A DNA stretch of 32,000 nt from Candidatus Thorarchaeota archaeon (GTDB taxonomy: Archaea > Asgardarchaeota > Thorarchaeia > Thorarchaeales > Thorarchaeaceae), in the NCBI GenBank assembly GCA_008080745.1, contig SHMX01000003.1, forward strand, positions 90,001 through 122,000, read 5' to 3'. How positions within the stretch are numbered: the stretch's first letter is position 1; each line of letters opens with the position of its first letter. Of this stretch, positions 1 to 9,124 are shown piece after piece. Below the pieces are notes generated by a model that searched no databases, was not told the origin of the DNA, and saw nothing but the letters and a program-made list of their open reading frames with translations. A program made the position numbers and the translations under genes.

Positions 1-8
1 GAAGTAGA

Positions 9-3000
9 TTACTTAACAACATCTCGCTTTGGAATATGAATCAAAAAACTAATCGTCCGAGACTGGTCTAAGTTTATTTTCCATCCATGCGCCTCAATAA
101 TACGTTTAACGATTCGCAAACCAAGTCCCCCATGTTCCTTAGTACTTACTTGGGAATAGAACAATTTCTCTCGGATACCCTTTGGAATTTCCTCACCATC
201 ATTTGAGATAATTATTACAACCCTATCTTCACGTTGTTCCGTTCTTATTCTGATTTCCTTTGGTTGACCATGCTCCACTGCATTACTGATAATATTTTGG
301 AAGACTTGGACAATCTTTGCCGAGTCACATTCCACTAGTGGAAGTTCAGACATTTTTATTTCAATTGATGAGGGAATAGTTGTGTCTATTATGGACTGAA
401 GAACATCTTGAAGATTACAATGCTCACGTTCACCTATTATTAGACCAGCATCGGCCAGCTGGATAGATTGTTTCAATAAAATCTCCATCTGTTCAACCAT
501 CATTTTCATTCTTGATAGATGTTCTTGGTTATAGTCATCTTCCAGCAGAGAAATCAGACCCATCATGTTATGCAAAATATTAGTCACATCATGTTTCATT
601 TGATGCGTAAACTTAGATAGTTCATCTCGTTGTGCTTCTAGAGCAATTTTAGCCTCCATTTCTGCAGTTACATCTCGTGCTGACCCAATTATTCGAATCT
701 TCTCAGAGTCGGTGTCCACTTCCTGTACTGATCCAAAACCATGAATCCACCGCCAATTTCCATCAGGCATGTGAATTCGATAAATCAAATTCACCACATC
801 TATGGGGTATTGCAGTTGAAGAAGCTGTATGAAACGCTCTTGATCATCTGGATGTACCACTGATAAAAACCACTCCCATAGTTTTCTTGGGTTCTTGGAA
901 ATCGTTTCTCTAGTTAGTCCATGAAGTTCACGCCACTGTTTGCTGATATACGCATGACTCAGATCTGACCATAGTTCAAAATATCCGATTCCGGTTGCCT
1001 TCAGAGCGATACTCAATCGCTCCTGACTTTTGTTGAGAGCCTCTTCGGCCTTTACGTGGTCGGTTATATCTGTAGCAATCATTAATAGAATATCATCACT
1101 TACCTTTTTGAATTGCCAGATTAGGTGAAGACTATGGTCTTGTGTTATCATCTGATAGTGCGTATCAAAACGAATTGTATCATCGCTATGCATAGCTTCC
1201 CGTATTTTCTCTATGTATTGAGGACGCTCTTTGTACACCTCACCAAGACTCATTCCAATCAGATATTCCACTTTTCCATTTGACGCCTCGTATAGACTAG
1301 AATTGACTGCAATAAGCCTAATAGTTCCATCATCTTCTCTTTCCCAAACCTGAACATAGTCAGGAATTGAATTGAATAATGCTTTGAAAAATGCCTTTCG
1401 CTCAGATAATTCGGATGAAAGTTTCTCCCGCTCAGTAGTATCTCGAATACTGGTTCTGAATCCTAGCAGTTCACCAAATTCATTTCTCATCGGATTGAAT
1501 GACAGTGCCATCCATCGCTCTTCTCCGCTTTTATTGATGATTCGGAATGGAATGTCATTACCTTGAGAATCCCCTTTGGATGCCTCAGTAAGTATCTGAT
1601 GAATACGACTTCGGTCGTGCGGGTGGATAATAGGTAAGGGGTACTGTTCCATATCCATGCATTCATCTGTACTATAACCGGTGTGATTTTCAACCGCTTC
1701 ATTTACCCAAATCAGCTTGCCATCACAGCCTATCCAGCTTTCCCAATCATAGGTAGAATCTGCAATTATTCGGAAATATTGGTCCTGTATTTGTGTAGCC
1801 AATCCATCCAAATCACTGGTCACATCATGGATTATACAGTGACTCATTTCATAGGTACCATCTTTATTGTAAGATATTCGTCCATAAGCAGCTATATTTC
1901 TAATTTTACCATCCTTTCTAACCATTGAATATCGCACATCATCAGCTTTCCCAGTATCCTTGAAAAGATTGAAGTTTTCTTTGAAGAGTTCTCGATGGAT
2001 TTCAACAAGAAACTCTGAAAAATTACGACCTATAACCTCTTCTCGATCGTACCCCATTAATTGCTGCCATGCATCATTAACAGTGATAATCAATCCATCA
2101 ACATCTAGAGATTGATATGGTAATGGGGCTGATTCAAATAATGCCTTGAAATATGCAGTACGCTGCTTTATCATTTCCTCAGCATGAAATTCCTCGGTTC
2201 TATCTCTGAATACCACAAGTGCTGACTTTTGTCCATCGTAGTAAATTGGATTTAGATATGCTTCTAACCATTTTGTTTCCCCCGAGGGAGTGATTATCTT
2301 GTAATGTTTTTTCAGTGGCTCCTTGAACCCTTCCAGATACTCATCGTAATTGCGTGCAAGTTTGAGATGTTCGGATTTGTCAAGAAGTTCAGATAGAGAT
2401 TTCGAAGTCAGTTGATGCATCTGTTCTTGAGAGTACCCAAGCATATTGCTAGCTAATTCATTAGAAAACAATATTTTTGGTGGACTCAACCGAATAACCA
2501 GAATTCCTTGTGGGGATGAATGGATCAATGAATTTGCTAAATCCTCAATCATTCTTCTGGATTGGATTGCTTCTCTTTCAGTTGTAATATTGGATGCCAA
2601 GACAATAATACTCTTTCCATCTTCGTGCAGGCTTAGGTATGCCCGATACCACAATATTTCGCCATCGATTTCTAACCAATATTCCATTTTTTCAGTTGTT
2701 CCAGTATTTCGAATTCGTTCTGCTCGTTGAATATATACCTCAGAGATTCTTCTAGGCATTATTTCCTGAATTCGTTTTCCAAGAAACGTATCTATAGATA
2801 AAAATGGTCTAGAGGTAGGTGAACCTATGAATTCCACATACCTTTCTTGTTCATCTAAAACGAAAACCATATCTTGCATTGATTCTACCAAGACACGATT
2901 CAATAATCTAGTTTCTTCTAGGTCTCTTTTGATTCGAGTAAGAAGTATTGAAGATTGGATTGAGTGAGCCAATTCGGAATACATTGATTGAGGGTCTGCA

Positions 3001-3317
3001 TCCTTTTTGATATAGCGAGTTGCACCTCTATTCAGAGCTTCGATTGCCACGTCCTCTCTTGACTTGCCTGTAAATAGTATAAAGGGAATCTCAGAATCAT
3101 GTTTACGTACAAAATCAAGTACATCTAGCCCATTATGTTCTGGCATCTCAAAATCAGAAATTATTGCATCGAATTCATCCATAGAAAACAATTGAAGTGC
3201 TTCCGAACTAGAAGAAACTGTGATTATATCCATACCTGTGAGTTTAGCTAAGAATTTCTCTGCAATTATACATGTTGATTCATCATCATCGATGAATAAT
3301 ACCTTTGCAGAGTTCAT
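9..3317 (-). CDS. Hybrid sensor histidine kinase: REC - 6x PAS/PAC - HisKA - HATPase
   Basis: REC motifs (FIDDD, ISDFEMP with phospho-acceptor Asp, FTGK, YIKK). Six PAS/PAC units ending in D/N-I/V/T-T motifs. H-box HQMKHDV, N-box VFQNIISNAVEHG, G2 GGLGL; the G1 box is atypical (NDGEEIP). SD GGTGGTGA at 3322-3329 on the - strand. Confidence 0.95.
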   Translation of the reverse strand: MNSAKVLFIDDDESTCIIAEKFLAKLTGMDIITVSSSSEALQLFSMDEFDAIISDFEMPEHNGLDVLDFVRKHDSEIPFILFTGKSREDVAIEALNRGATRYIKKDADPQSMYSELAHSIQSSILLTRIKRDLEETRLLNRVLVESMQDMVFVLDEQERYVEFIGSPTSRPFLSIDTFLGKRIQEIMPRRISEVYIQRAERIRNTGTTEKMEYWLEIDGEILWYRAYLSLHEDGKSIIVLASNITTEREAIQSRRMIEDLANSLIHSSPQGILVIRLSPPKILFSNELASNMLGYSQEQMHQLTSKSLSELLDKSEHLKLARNYDEYLEGFKEPLKKHYKIITPSGETKWLEAYLNPIYYDGQKSALVVFRDRTEEFHAEEMIKQRTAYFKALFESAPLPYQSLDVDGLIITVNDAWQQLMGYDREEVIGRNFSEFLVEIHRELFKENFNLFKDTGKADDVRYSMVRKDGKIRNIAAYGRISYNKDGTYEMSHCIIHDVTSDLDGLATQIQDQYFRIIADSTYDWESWIGCDGKLIWVNEAVENHTGYSTDECMDMEQYPLPIIHPHDRSRIHQILTEASKGDSQGNDIPFRIINKSGEERWMALSFNPMRNEFGELLGFRTSIRDTTEREKLSSELSERKAFFKALFNSIPDYVQVWEREDDGTIRLIAVNSSLYEASNGKVEYLIGMSLGEVYKERPQYIEKIREAMHSDDTIRFDTHYQMITQDHSLHLIWQFKKVSDDILLMIATDITDHVKAEEALNKSQERLSIALKATGIGYFELWSDLSHAYISKQWRELHGLTRETISKNPRKLWEWFLSVVHPDDQERFIQLLQLQYPIDVVNLIYRIHMPDGNWRWIHGFGSVQEVDTDSEKIRIIGSARDVTAEMEAKIALEAQRDELSKFTHQMKHDVTNILHNMMGLISLLEDDYNQEHLSRMKMMVEQMEILLKQSIQLADAGLIIGEREHCNLQDVLQSIIDTTIPSSIEIKMSELPLVECDSAKIVQVFQNIISNAVEHGQPKEIRIRTEQREDRVVIIISNDGEEIPKGIREKLFYSQVSTKEHGGLGLRIVKRIIEAHGWKINLDQSRTISFLIHIPKRDVVK

Positions 3318-3452
3318 AATGTCACCACCAAAAGGGTTCTTGGGAAGAACTCTATTGGTAAGGTTCCCAGGACTATAGTAAATATAATACAGAATGTAAT
3401 TTATTTCTGTTTATTGAGTAGTTTAGGAATTAATGGTCTATCAGCGGAACAT

Positions 3453-3464
3453 ATTTGTACAAAT
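3453..3464. promoter_or_regulatory. Perfect 12-bp palindrome ATTTGTACAAAT in a divergent intergenic region
   Basis: Seen in sequence between the divergent kinase and SNAP-like genes. A binding-site role is inference. Confidence 0.3.
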
Positions 3465-3525
3465 CATTTCAAATAGGCAACTGACCTCAGGCTTGCAGAG
3501 GGAACTATAACGGGTCGGAATAGCA

Positions 3526-4257
3526 ATGGAAGACGAATGTAGCCAATGGGAAAAACTTGCGGGTGAATTCGCAGAGAAGGAGAAATACTATCAAGCAGCA
3601 AACCAATATAGAAACTCTGCTGCATGCCACCTCGATAAGGTTCTGGAGATGACTAGAAAGGCAGCTGAGTATTATCATATGCATGCCGAAGCTAGTGCTG
3701 AAGCAGATGATCATAAATCTGCTGCAAGGTCATACTTTGAGGCAGCTAATCAATATCGGCAAGTTAGTGACTTTGCTACTGCTCTGACCCTCTTTGAAAA
3801 TGCAGCTTCTGAAGCCCTCGATGAAGGAATGACAGAAACCGCCGCATCTTCCTATCTTTGGGCAGCCTTTGCTTGCCACAAGCTGGGAAATACCGATTAC
3901 TTTCTAACTTGTGCTGAAAATATGGCCAATCTATATGACAAAGCAGCTGAGTCAGTTCTCGAAGAAGGAAAGGCAGAGAGAGCTGTCATCAACCTCTCAT
4001 TATCAGCCATGGGTTTTGCTACCATTGAAAAGGTTGATGAAGCAAAGAAACGCATTGAAAAGGCAAAACGAGTTATCGATAAGACTAGTTGGCCATGGCT
4101 AAAGACGCTTCTCTCGTTCAGTGACGACTTGGCAGAGGGACGCCTGATTGAAGCTGAAGATCAATGGAAGAGTTTCAAAGAAGAAGAAACCATCCAAGAG
4201 GTTATGAAGGCCTGCCATAGTATTATCGAGGACCGACAGAGAAGAGGGAAGAAGTGA
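3526..4257 (+). CDS. Alpha-SNAP-like / TPR alpha-solenoid protein
   Basis: Repeated AAxxYxxAA helical-hairpin pattern (AANQYRNSAAC, AARSYFEAANQY, AASSYLWAAF), typical of SNAP/TPR-like solenoids. Confidence 0.75.
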   Translation: MEDECSQWEKLAGEFAEKEKYYQAANQYRNSAACHLDKVLEMTRKAAEYYHMHAEASAEADDHKSAARSYFEAANQYRQVSDFATALTLFENAASEALDEGMTETAASSYLWAAFACHKLGNTDYFLTCAENMANLYDKAAESVLEEGKAERAVINLSLSAMGFATIEKVDEAKKRIEKAKRVIDKTSWPWLKTLLSFSDDLAEGRLIEAEDQWKSFKEEETIQEVMKACHSIIEDRQRRGKK

Positions 4258-4258
4258 C

Positions 4259-5506
4259 CTAAGTAACCTTGACGGTTACGGTCTTTGAAACCTCTTCACC
4301 AGTTTTTGTATCGATGAGTTTTAGTGTGGTAATTTGGTCACCAACATCCTCCGCCATGATGTATACTTGGAAGGACATTCTTTCACCAGCACCAAGAAAT
4401 TGTATGCTCTTCTCAGTTCCACCAAGGGAAATCCTTAGTCCATCTGATAGTTCTGTCCTAACAGTGATGTTTCCAGCAGGTCCATCTCCAGTATTTTGAA
4501 TCATAACATCAAATACAACTTCGTCACCAATATCTGCAGATACCCTTTGAGGGCTTACATCTAGAGCCAGCTTGGAAGGAGCCTTCCCAATTCTAAATTC
4601 AATAGCGTTACTATGTTTATTGACTAATACAGATTCTCCTTGAAGAGTTAATACAAAGGGACCTATTTTCCCATCTCCGCTTAATACTGGATTTACTACC
4701 AAGAGCCAGGATTCTTGGGTCTGATTCACGGCATTTAATGCAATATCATTTGCAAAAGAGAGGCTATTTGATAGATTGTATCTATAATCTACAATACTCA
4801 CGGGGACGGGGCATGAAAATTTTAGTTCAAATTCGATAGGGGTTTTTGCACTAACTTCGTATTGTTTTTGACCGGCCCATTGCAACTCTACTTCCGTCTG
4901 AATTGCAACCTTCACACTCTCAGCAACATAGTTTACCAAATAACTCTCAACTTCAGTAGGTTTTGCAGATGAGATGGCTTTTTGTATCTCCTTCAAAGTT
5001 GGTTCCTCACCATGGCACAACACACGTACACACAATTGGGCAAGTTCCATCATACCCTCTCTAGCCTTGATTGATTTGTATCGTTTGTCAGTCTTTTTGG
5101 TGATGTTGACACAGGTATCGAAGTTTCTTGTACCAAGATAACAAATGACTGCGAGTCCATTAGCTCGCATCGATTGTCTGATTTTCTTCTCTTTGAATAA
5201 ATGATCAGATGCCTCAGAATATAGGACTGCAGCCTCATCAAATCTCGCCTCAGTCAGGAGGGTACCAGCAGCAGCTAATTTCATCTCCGCAACTTTTACA
5301 TGATCATCAAAGTCTAGGGCAGCCCAAGCAGCCTCGCGAAAATATTTCACAGCAAAATCTGGACGGTCTGCCTCCTTGAACAAACGAGCAGCCTTCTCAT
5401 ATTCAGAACATGCATAGTCAGGATATCCTTCTTCGAACTCTTCGATGGCTTTCTCTACATGTTTTTTAGCTTTTGAAATCGGGTCTCTTTTAAAGAACTT
5501 GAACAT
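4259..5506 (-). CDS. N-terminal SNAP/TPR-like solenoid plus two C-terminal Ig-like beta-sandwich domains (DUF11/CARDB-like)
   Basis: N-terminal YEKAARLF / YFREAAW / LYSEAS repeats. C-terminal VVFDVMIQNTGDGPAGNITV...FLGAGERMSFQV matches the NTG/LxxGE pattern of CARDB/DUF11 Ig folds. No signal peptide or TM helix seen. Confidence 0.75.
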   Translation of the reverse strand: MFKFFKRDPISKAKKHVEKAIEEFEEGYPDYACSEYEKAARLFKEADRPDFAVKYFREAAWAALDFDDHVKVAEMKLAAAGTLLTEARFDEAAVLYSEASDHLFKEKKIRQSMRANGLAVICYLGTRNFDTCVNITKKTDKRYKSIKAREGMMELAQLCVRVLCHGEEPTLKEIQKAISSAKPTEVESYLVNYVAESVKVAIQTEVELQWAGQKQYEVSAKTPIEFELKFSCPVPVSIVDYRYNLSNSLSFANDIALNAVNQTQESWLLVVNPVLSGDGKIGPFVLTLQGESVLVNKHSNAIEFRIGKAPSKLALDVSPQRVSADIGDEVVFDVMIQNTGDGPAGNITVRTELSDGLRISLGGTEKSIQFLGAGERMSFQVYIMAEDVGDQITTLKLIDTKTGEEVSKTVTVKVT

Positions 5507-5586
5507 ACTTTAGTCCTCGAATATCTCTATGGCTTAGTCTTGAGATTTCAAGCTCCGCTATATCGGTTTCGGCTGATGTGATTACA

Positions 5587-6792
5587 ATGATGAATGAACC
5601 CCCATACTGGCGAGAACCACTACATGAAGTCTTCACAGTCACAGTAAGGTCTTGTATCAAAGAGAAGAAGGAATATCTCATAGAAATAGCAGAAGATGTT
5701 ATTCGAGCTGCTGGTGGGGGACAGGACGGAGATAGAGGGATATTGAGAATTAATGGTCAAGAGGTTTCAATACTGAACACCGCAAAGCAGGATAGTCGTT
5801 TGCTACTAATCACAGAAGAGCCGGTTGAGCCAGACCAAGTAGTTCAATTGGTGATAGACCTCAAGTGGCGAAAAGCTATGATGCAAAATCATACTGCTGA
5901 ACATCTGTTTGTTGCAACGATGAAAAAAATCAGCCCGTCCTACAAATTGGGATATATTTGGATTGACGGAGAGAAAGGTGTTGTAGATATTATGGGTCCT
6001 CCTTTAGACTTTGAAACAGTAGTAAAAGCAGAGAAAGAAGTCACGAGATTGATAGAGGCTAGGATACCCGTAGAGATAGAAATTGTAGATGCTGCGGAAT
6101 TGGATGACGAGGTACGCGCAAGAGAGGGGTTAGCTAGCAAACATGAAAAAGTCAGGATAGTACAGGTAGGGGACTATGACAGCTCGGCTTGCTCGGGGAC
6201 ACATGTCTTTAACACATATGATATTGAAGCATTCAAAGTAATCGATTATCGAACTGTTGAAGGCGGCACTCGAATAGAATTTCTAACTTCGTCCAGAGCT
6301 TTAGAGGAAATGGTAAAGGTGTATAACACGACCTTGGAAAAAAAACATAGTTATCCATATGAGATGGACCAATTAGGAGACATACTCGATAAAGCAAAAG
6401 AGCTAATACATGAACGCCAGTGGATTGTGCAGCATCTTAGTAGACTAATGACAGAGGGTAAGAATATCGAATCAATTGAAAACACAGATTTCTGGACGGA
6501 ATACCTCCCAGGTCTTGATATGAAAGAGGTTAGGTCTATAATTAGGGACTATCCAATGGAGGGCAAACTAGCAATTCTGTTCTTTCTGCCTGGTGTGAAG
6601 TCAAGTCTAATATTCTGGACTAATGAACTGCCTGAAGATGCTTCACATTATATCTCAGATATTGTGACCAGTTTGGGTGGCAGAGGTGGAGGAAGCAGAG
6701 ATGTCTATACGGGAGGATTTGCTGATTCACCAAACCCAGAAGAGATCTATAATGAAATCATTAGCCAACTACGAAAGCGATTGACTTCTTAG
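5587..6792 (+). CDS. alaX: AlaX-L alanyl-tRNA editing protein (trans-editing domain plus C-Ala/DHHA1)
   Basis: GGGQDGDRG, zinc-binding HTAEH (HxxxH), CSGTH (CxxxH) and C-terminal GGRGGG. The ORF track starts at GTG 5578; ATG 5587 is preferred. Confidence 0.93.
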   Translation: MMNEPPYWREPLHEVFTVTVRSCIKEKKEYLIEIAEDVIRAAGGGQDGDRGILRINGQEVSILNTAKQDSRLLLITEEPVEPDQVVQLVIDLKWRKAMMQNHTAEHLFVATMKKISPSYKLGYIWIDGEKGVVDIMGPPLDFETVVKAEKEVTRLIEARIPVEIEIVDAAELDDEVRAREGLASKHEKVRIVQVGDYDSSACSGTHVFNTYDIEAFKVIDYRTVEGGTRIEFLTSSRALEEMVKVYNTTLEKKHSYPYEMDQLGDILDKAKELIHERQWIVQHLSRLMTEGKNIESIENTDFWTEYLPGLDMKEVRSIIRDYPMEGKLAILFFLPGVKSSLIFWTNELPEDASHYISDIVTSLGGRGGGSRDVYTGGFADSPNPEEIYNEIISQLRKRLTS

Positions 6793-6794
6793 GA

Positions 6795-7259
6795 CTACTC
6801 TAAGCTATGCTTGCTAGCCACCTCTGTCCAGAACTTTTTCACCGCCCATGGCACAGCAAGAAATTCTTCTCGAAACATATCGAAATTGAGACCCTGTACC
6901 ATCATCTCTTGTGAGGTTCCAATAATCTCACGAGACTCATCGAAATCAAAGCATACCTCAGCATATCTGCGGTTACATGCTAAAAGGTCCAAGAATACTT
7001 CTCGCCGAATGGCCTCTGGAATTTTCTCAAGGGGGTATACATCACAAAAGACCTGAATCCACTTTTCATCGGGTTTCACTGTAATGGTATATCTGAAATG
7101 TTCCTCAGCCTCTTCAGGAAGTGGACTTGCAGGTAATTCGTCTTTTCTTTCACTGAATACCAGTTCGAATATCCCCTCACGCTCATTCCAAGTATGTTTC
7201 AGTTTGAGCAATTCAAGGTAATCCTCTATCTGAGTCCTAATTTCTACCATAGCTTTCAT
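6795..7259 (-). CDS. YbjN / type III secretion chaperone-like domain protein
   Basis: 154 aa alpha-beta layout, with LLACNRRYAEVCFDFD matching the YbjN LLxxN...F pattern. Confidence 0.65.
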   Translation of the reverse strand: MKAMVEIRTQIEDYLELLKLKHTWNEREGIFELVFSERKDELPASPLPEEAEEHFRYTITVKPDEKWIQVFCDVYPLEKIPEAIRREVFLDLLACNRRYAEVCFDFDESREIIGTSQEMMVQGLNFDMFREEFLAVPWAVKKFWTEVASKHSLE

Positions 7260-7313
7260 CTCTTGGAATCAAATCATCAGATGGTTTGATTTAAGCGTAT
7301 TGTGAAATTAGAA

Positions 7314-8921
7314 TTAGAGAGTATATGAATCAAGAATTGAAACCTTACTCCAATTTACATAGTATACAGACATGGTGTCACGGCCACTAATCACATTATC
7401 ATCAAGATGAACTGTCAGTAGAATTTCTAGTCCAGAGCCAAGGAGAAAAGAATAGTAAACCATCAATTCATTGAAGAATACAAAATATTCACATCCATGT
7501 TCACGGAGATAGATCAGAAGTTCAATAGAACTCATATTTCCATGTATGATATCTGGACTTACAAGTCCTGCCAAATCAATTATGCTTCTATTTGAAAAGA
7601 ACCTGATAGCACCAGCGTCATGAATTGCCAATACTGCATCCTCTGGTGTGTTTTCTGATAACCACTTTCCAATGTATACCTGCTGTTCGTTTATATTTTT
7701 AACAGAGTTGCCAAACAGATTTGCTTGGAATAAATATTCTGATAGGAGGGGAATAATCATTACCAACAGAATAACGAATACAGTCAATAACTGACGGTCA
7801 GCAGGTCGCTTTATTCCAATGTCAACTTCTAGGATATATGGAGCAATCTTAGCAATCGCAACAATAGCTGTGATGAAGAAAAAGCTGAATACAGGAACCA
7901 AATATCTGCCATTATTTATCAATGCATTATATGGAAGATTCAAACGATAAAGCAGAACGAGTCCAACAGCGATTAGCCAAGTGAACGGCTTTTTGTTCAC
8001 TACAAGTGCTAACCCCAAAATCCCTCCTATCAAGATGAATGGATATTCAATTAGCCATATATTCCACCAAAACCTCCACACATCGATTTCATACTCTGTA
8101 GGGGTATGCACTTTAGCATAGAATGTATCAGGTAAGGGATATCCCGTAGTATTCAGACAATGTATAATCCATGGAGAAACGATAAGGAGAGCGATAACAG
8201 CCATAAGAACAAAAGAAACCCATCGTTTCCAATTTGTTAGTTCTTCTCTGTCCAATAGGAAAAATCTTACAGGAACAAAGAGAGCTAAAATCACCCCCTC
8301 TGGACGTGCTAAGAAAGCTAATCCTACCGTAATACCCAGAAGCGGATCGTATCGGATATCCTTCTTATCAAGCAAAACAACACCAAAGACCAAAAGGAAC
8401 ATGAAAAGCGGAGTCTCCATTCCAGAAAGCATCAACCATGTTGTTCTTGGGACAATAACAAAGCCTACCATTCCAGTTATCGCTATCAGAAGCCTCTCGG
8501 AATAATTGAAGATAATATATCCAACAAGAAGTGTGGTCAGAAAATAGAATAGCCCAGCAATGAGATAGGTACCATAAATCAGGCTGATAGGATCTTGAGT
8601 GATAAAGAAGAGCGTTGAGAGAATTACAGACCAGAGGGGGCTTGTTGAACCAGTGCTTGGATGACCCGGTGAATATTCCCAAGGTATGCCTTGATATATA
8701 GTCCGAGCATATTGGAGATGAATCCAAGAATCATCTAACGTGAACCCAGGAGAAGTCCATGCAATCATGGTAGTGAGATAATGGACACATGAAACTGTAG
8801 TAATTATCAATGCTGATATGAACAAACGTGTAATCGCAGATGACTCTTTGAACCTGTGACAGATTGATACCAGAAAACCTGGAAAGGCATACCTCCTCAA
8901 GCTCTGTTCTTCCTCGTTCAT
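7314..8921 (-). CDS. Polytopic GT-C-fold glycosyltransferase-like membrane protein
   Basis: DDSWIHLQYARTIYQG after TM1, SGMET, RPEG, GRY and C-terminal DAGAIRFFS...IDLAGLV motifs. About 11-13 hydrophobic segments. Confidence 0.75.
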   Translation of the reverse strand: MNEEEQSLRRYAFPGFLVSICHRFKESSAITRLFISALIITTVSCVHYLTTMIAWTSPGFTLDDSWIHLQYARTIYQGIPWEYSPGHPSTGSTSPLWSVILSTLFFITQDPISLIYGTYLIAGLFYFLTTLLVGYIIFNYSERLLIAITGMVGFVIVPRTTWLMLSGMETPLFMFLLVFGVVLLDKKDIRYDPLLGITVGLAFLARPEGVILALFVPVRFFLLDREELTNWKRWVSFVLMAVIALLIVSPWIIHCLNTTGYPLPDTFYAKVHTPTEYEIDVWRFWWNIWLIEYPFILIGGILGLALVVNKKPFTWLIAVGLVLLYRLNLPYNALINNGRYLVPVFSFFFITAIVAIAKIAPYILEVDIGIKRPADRQLLTVFVILLVMIIPLLSEYLFQANLFGNSVKNINEQQVYIGKWLSENTPEDAVLAIHDAGAIRFFSNRSIIDLAGLVSPDIIHGNMSSIELLIYLREHGCEYFVFFNELMVYYSFLLGSGLEILLTVHLDDNVISGRDTMSVYYVNWSKVSILDSYTL

Positions 8922-9124
8922 ACAATGTCACACAGACCAGAAACCAAGTGTTATGGCAAAAAAGTTTGCTTATCAGGTACCTTGTTTTTTGATGATAATA
9001 CTTTCGGATATCCCTCTCCCGGCGTTGATTATCTGTTTAAATGAACGTTGTTAACAGAGAAGTATCTTAGGATTAGAGTTTTCTATTTGCATAAAGGTCC
9101 ACCTTTTCAGAAGGGGGTATAACT

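Noticed and set aside
3334-3352. GGGTTCT-N5-AGAACTC as a second copy of the 12324 operator
   Set aside because: The half-sites are in the opposite (everted) arrangement and one is imperfect.
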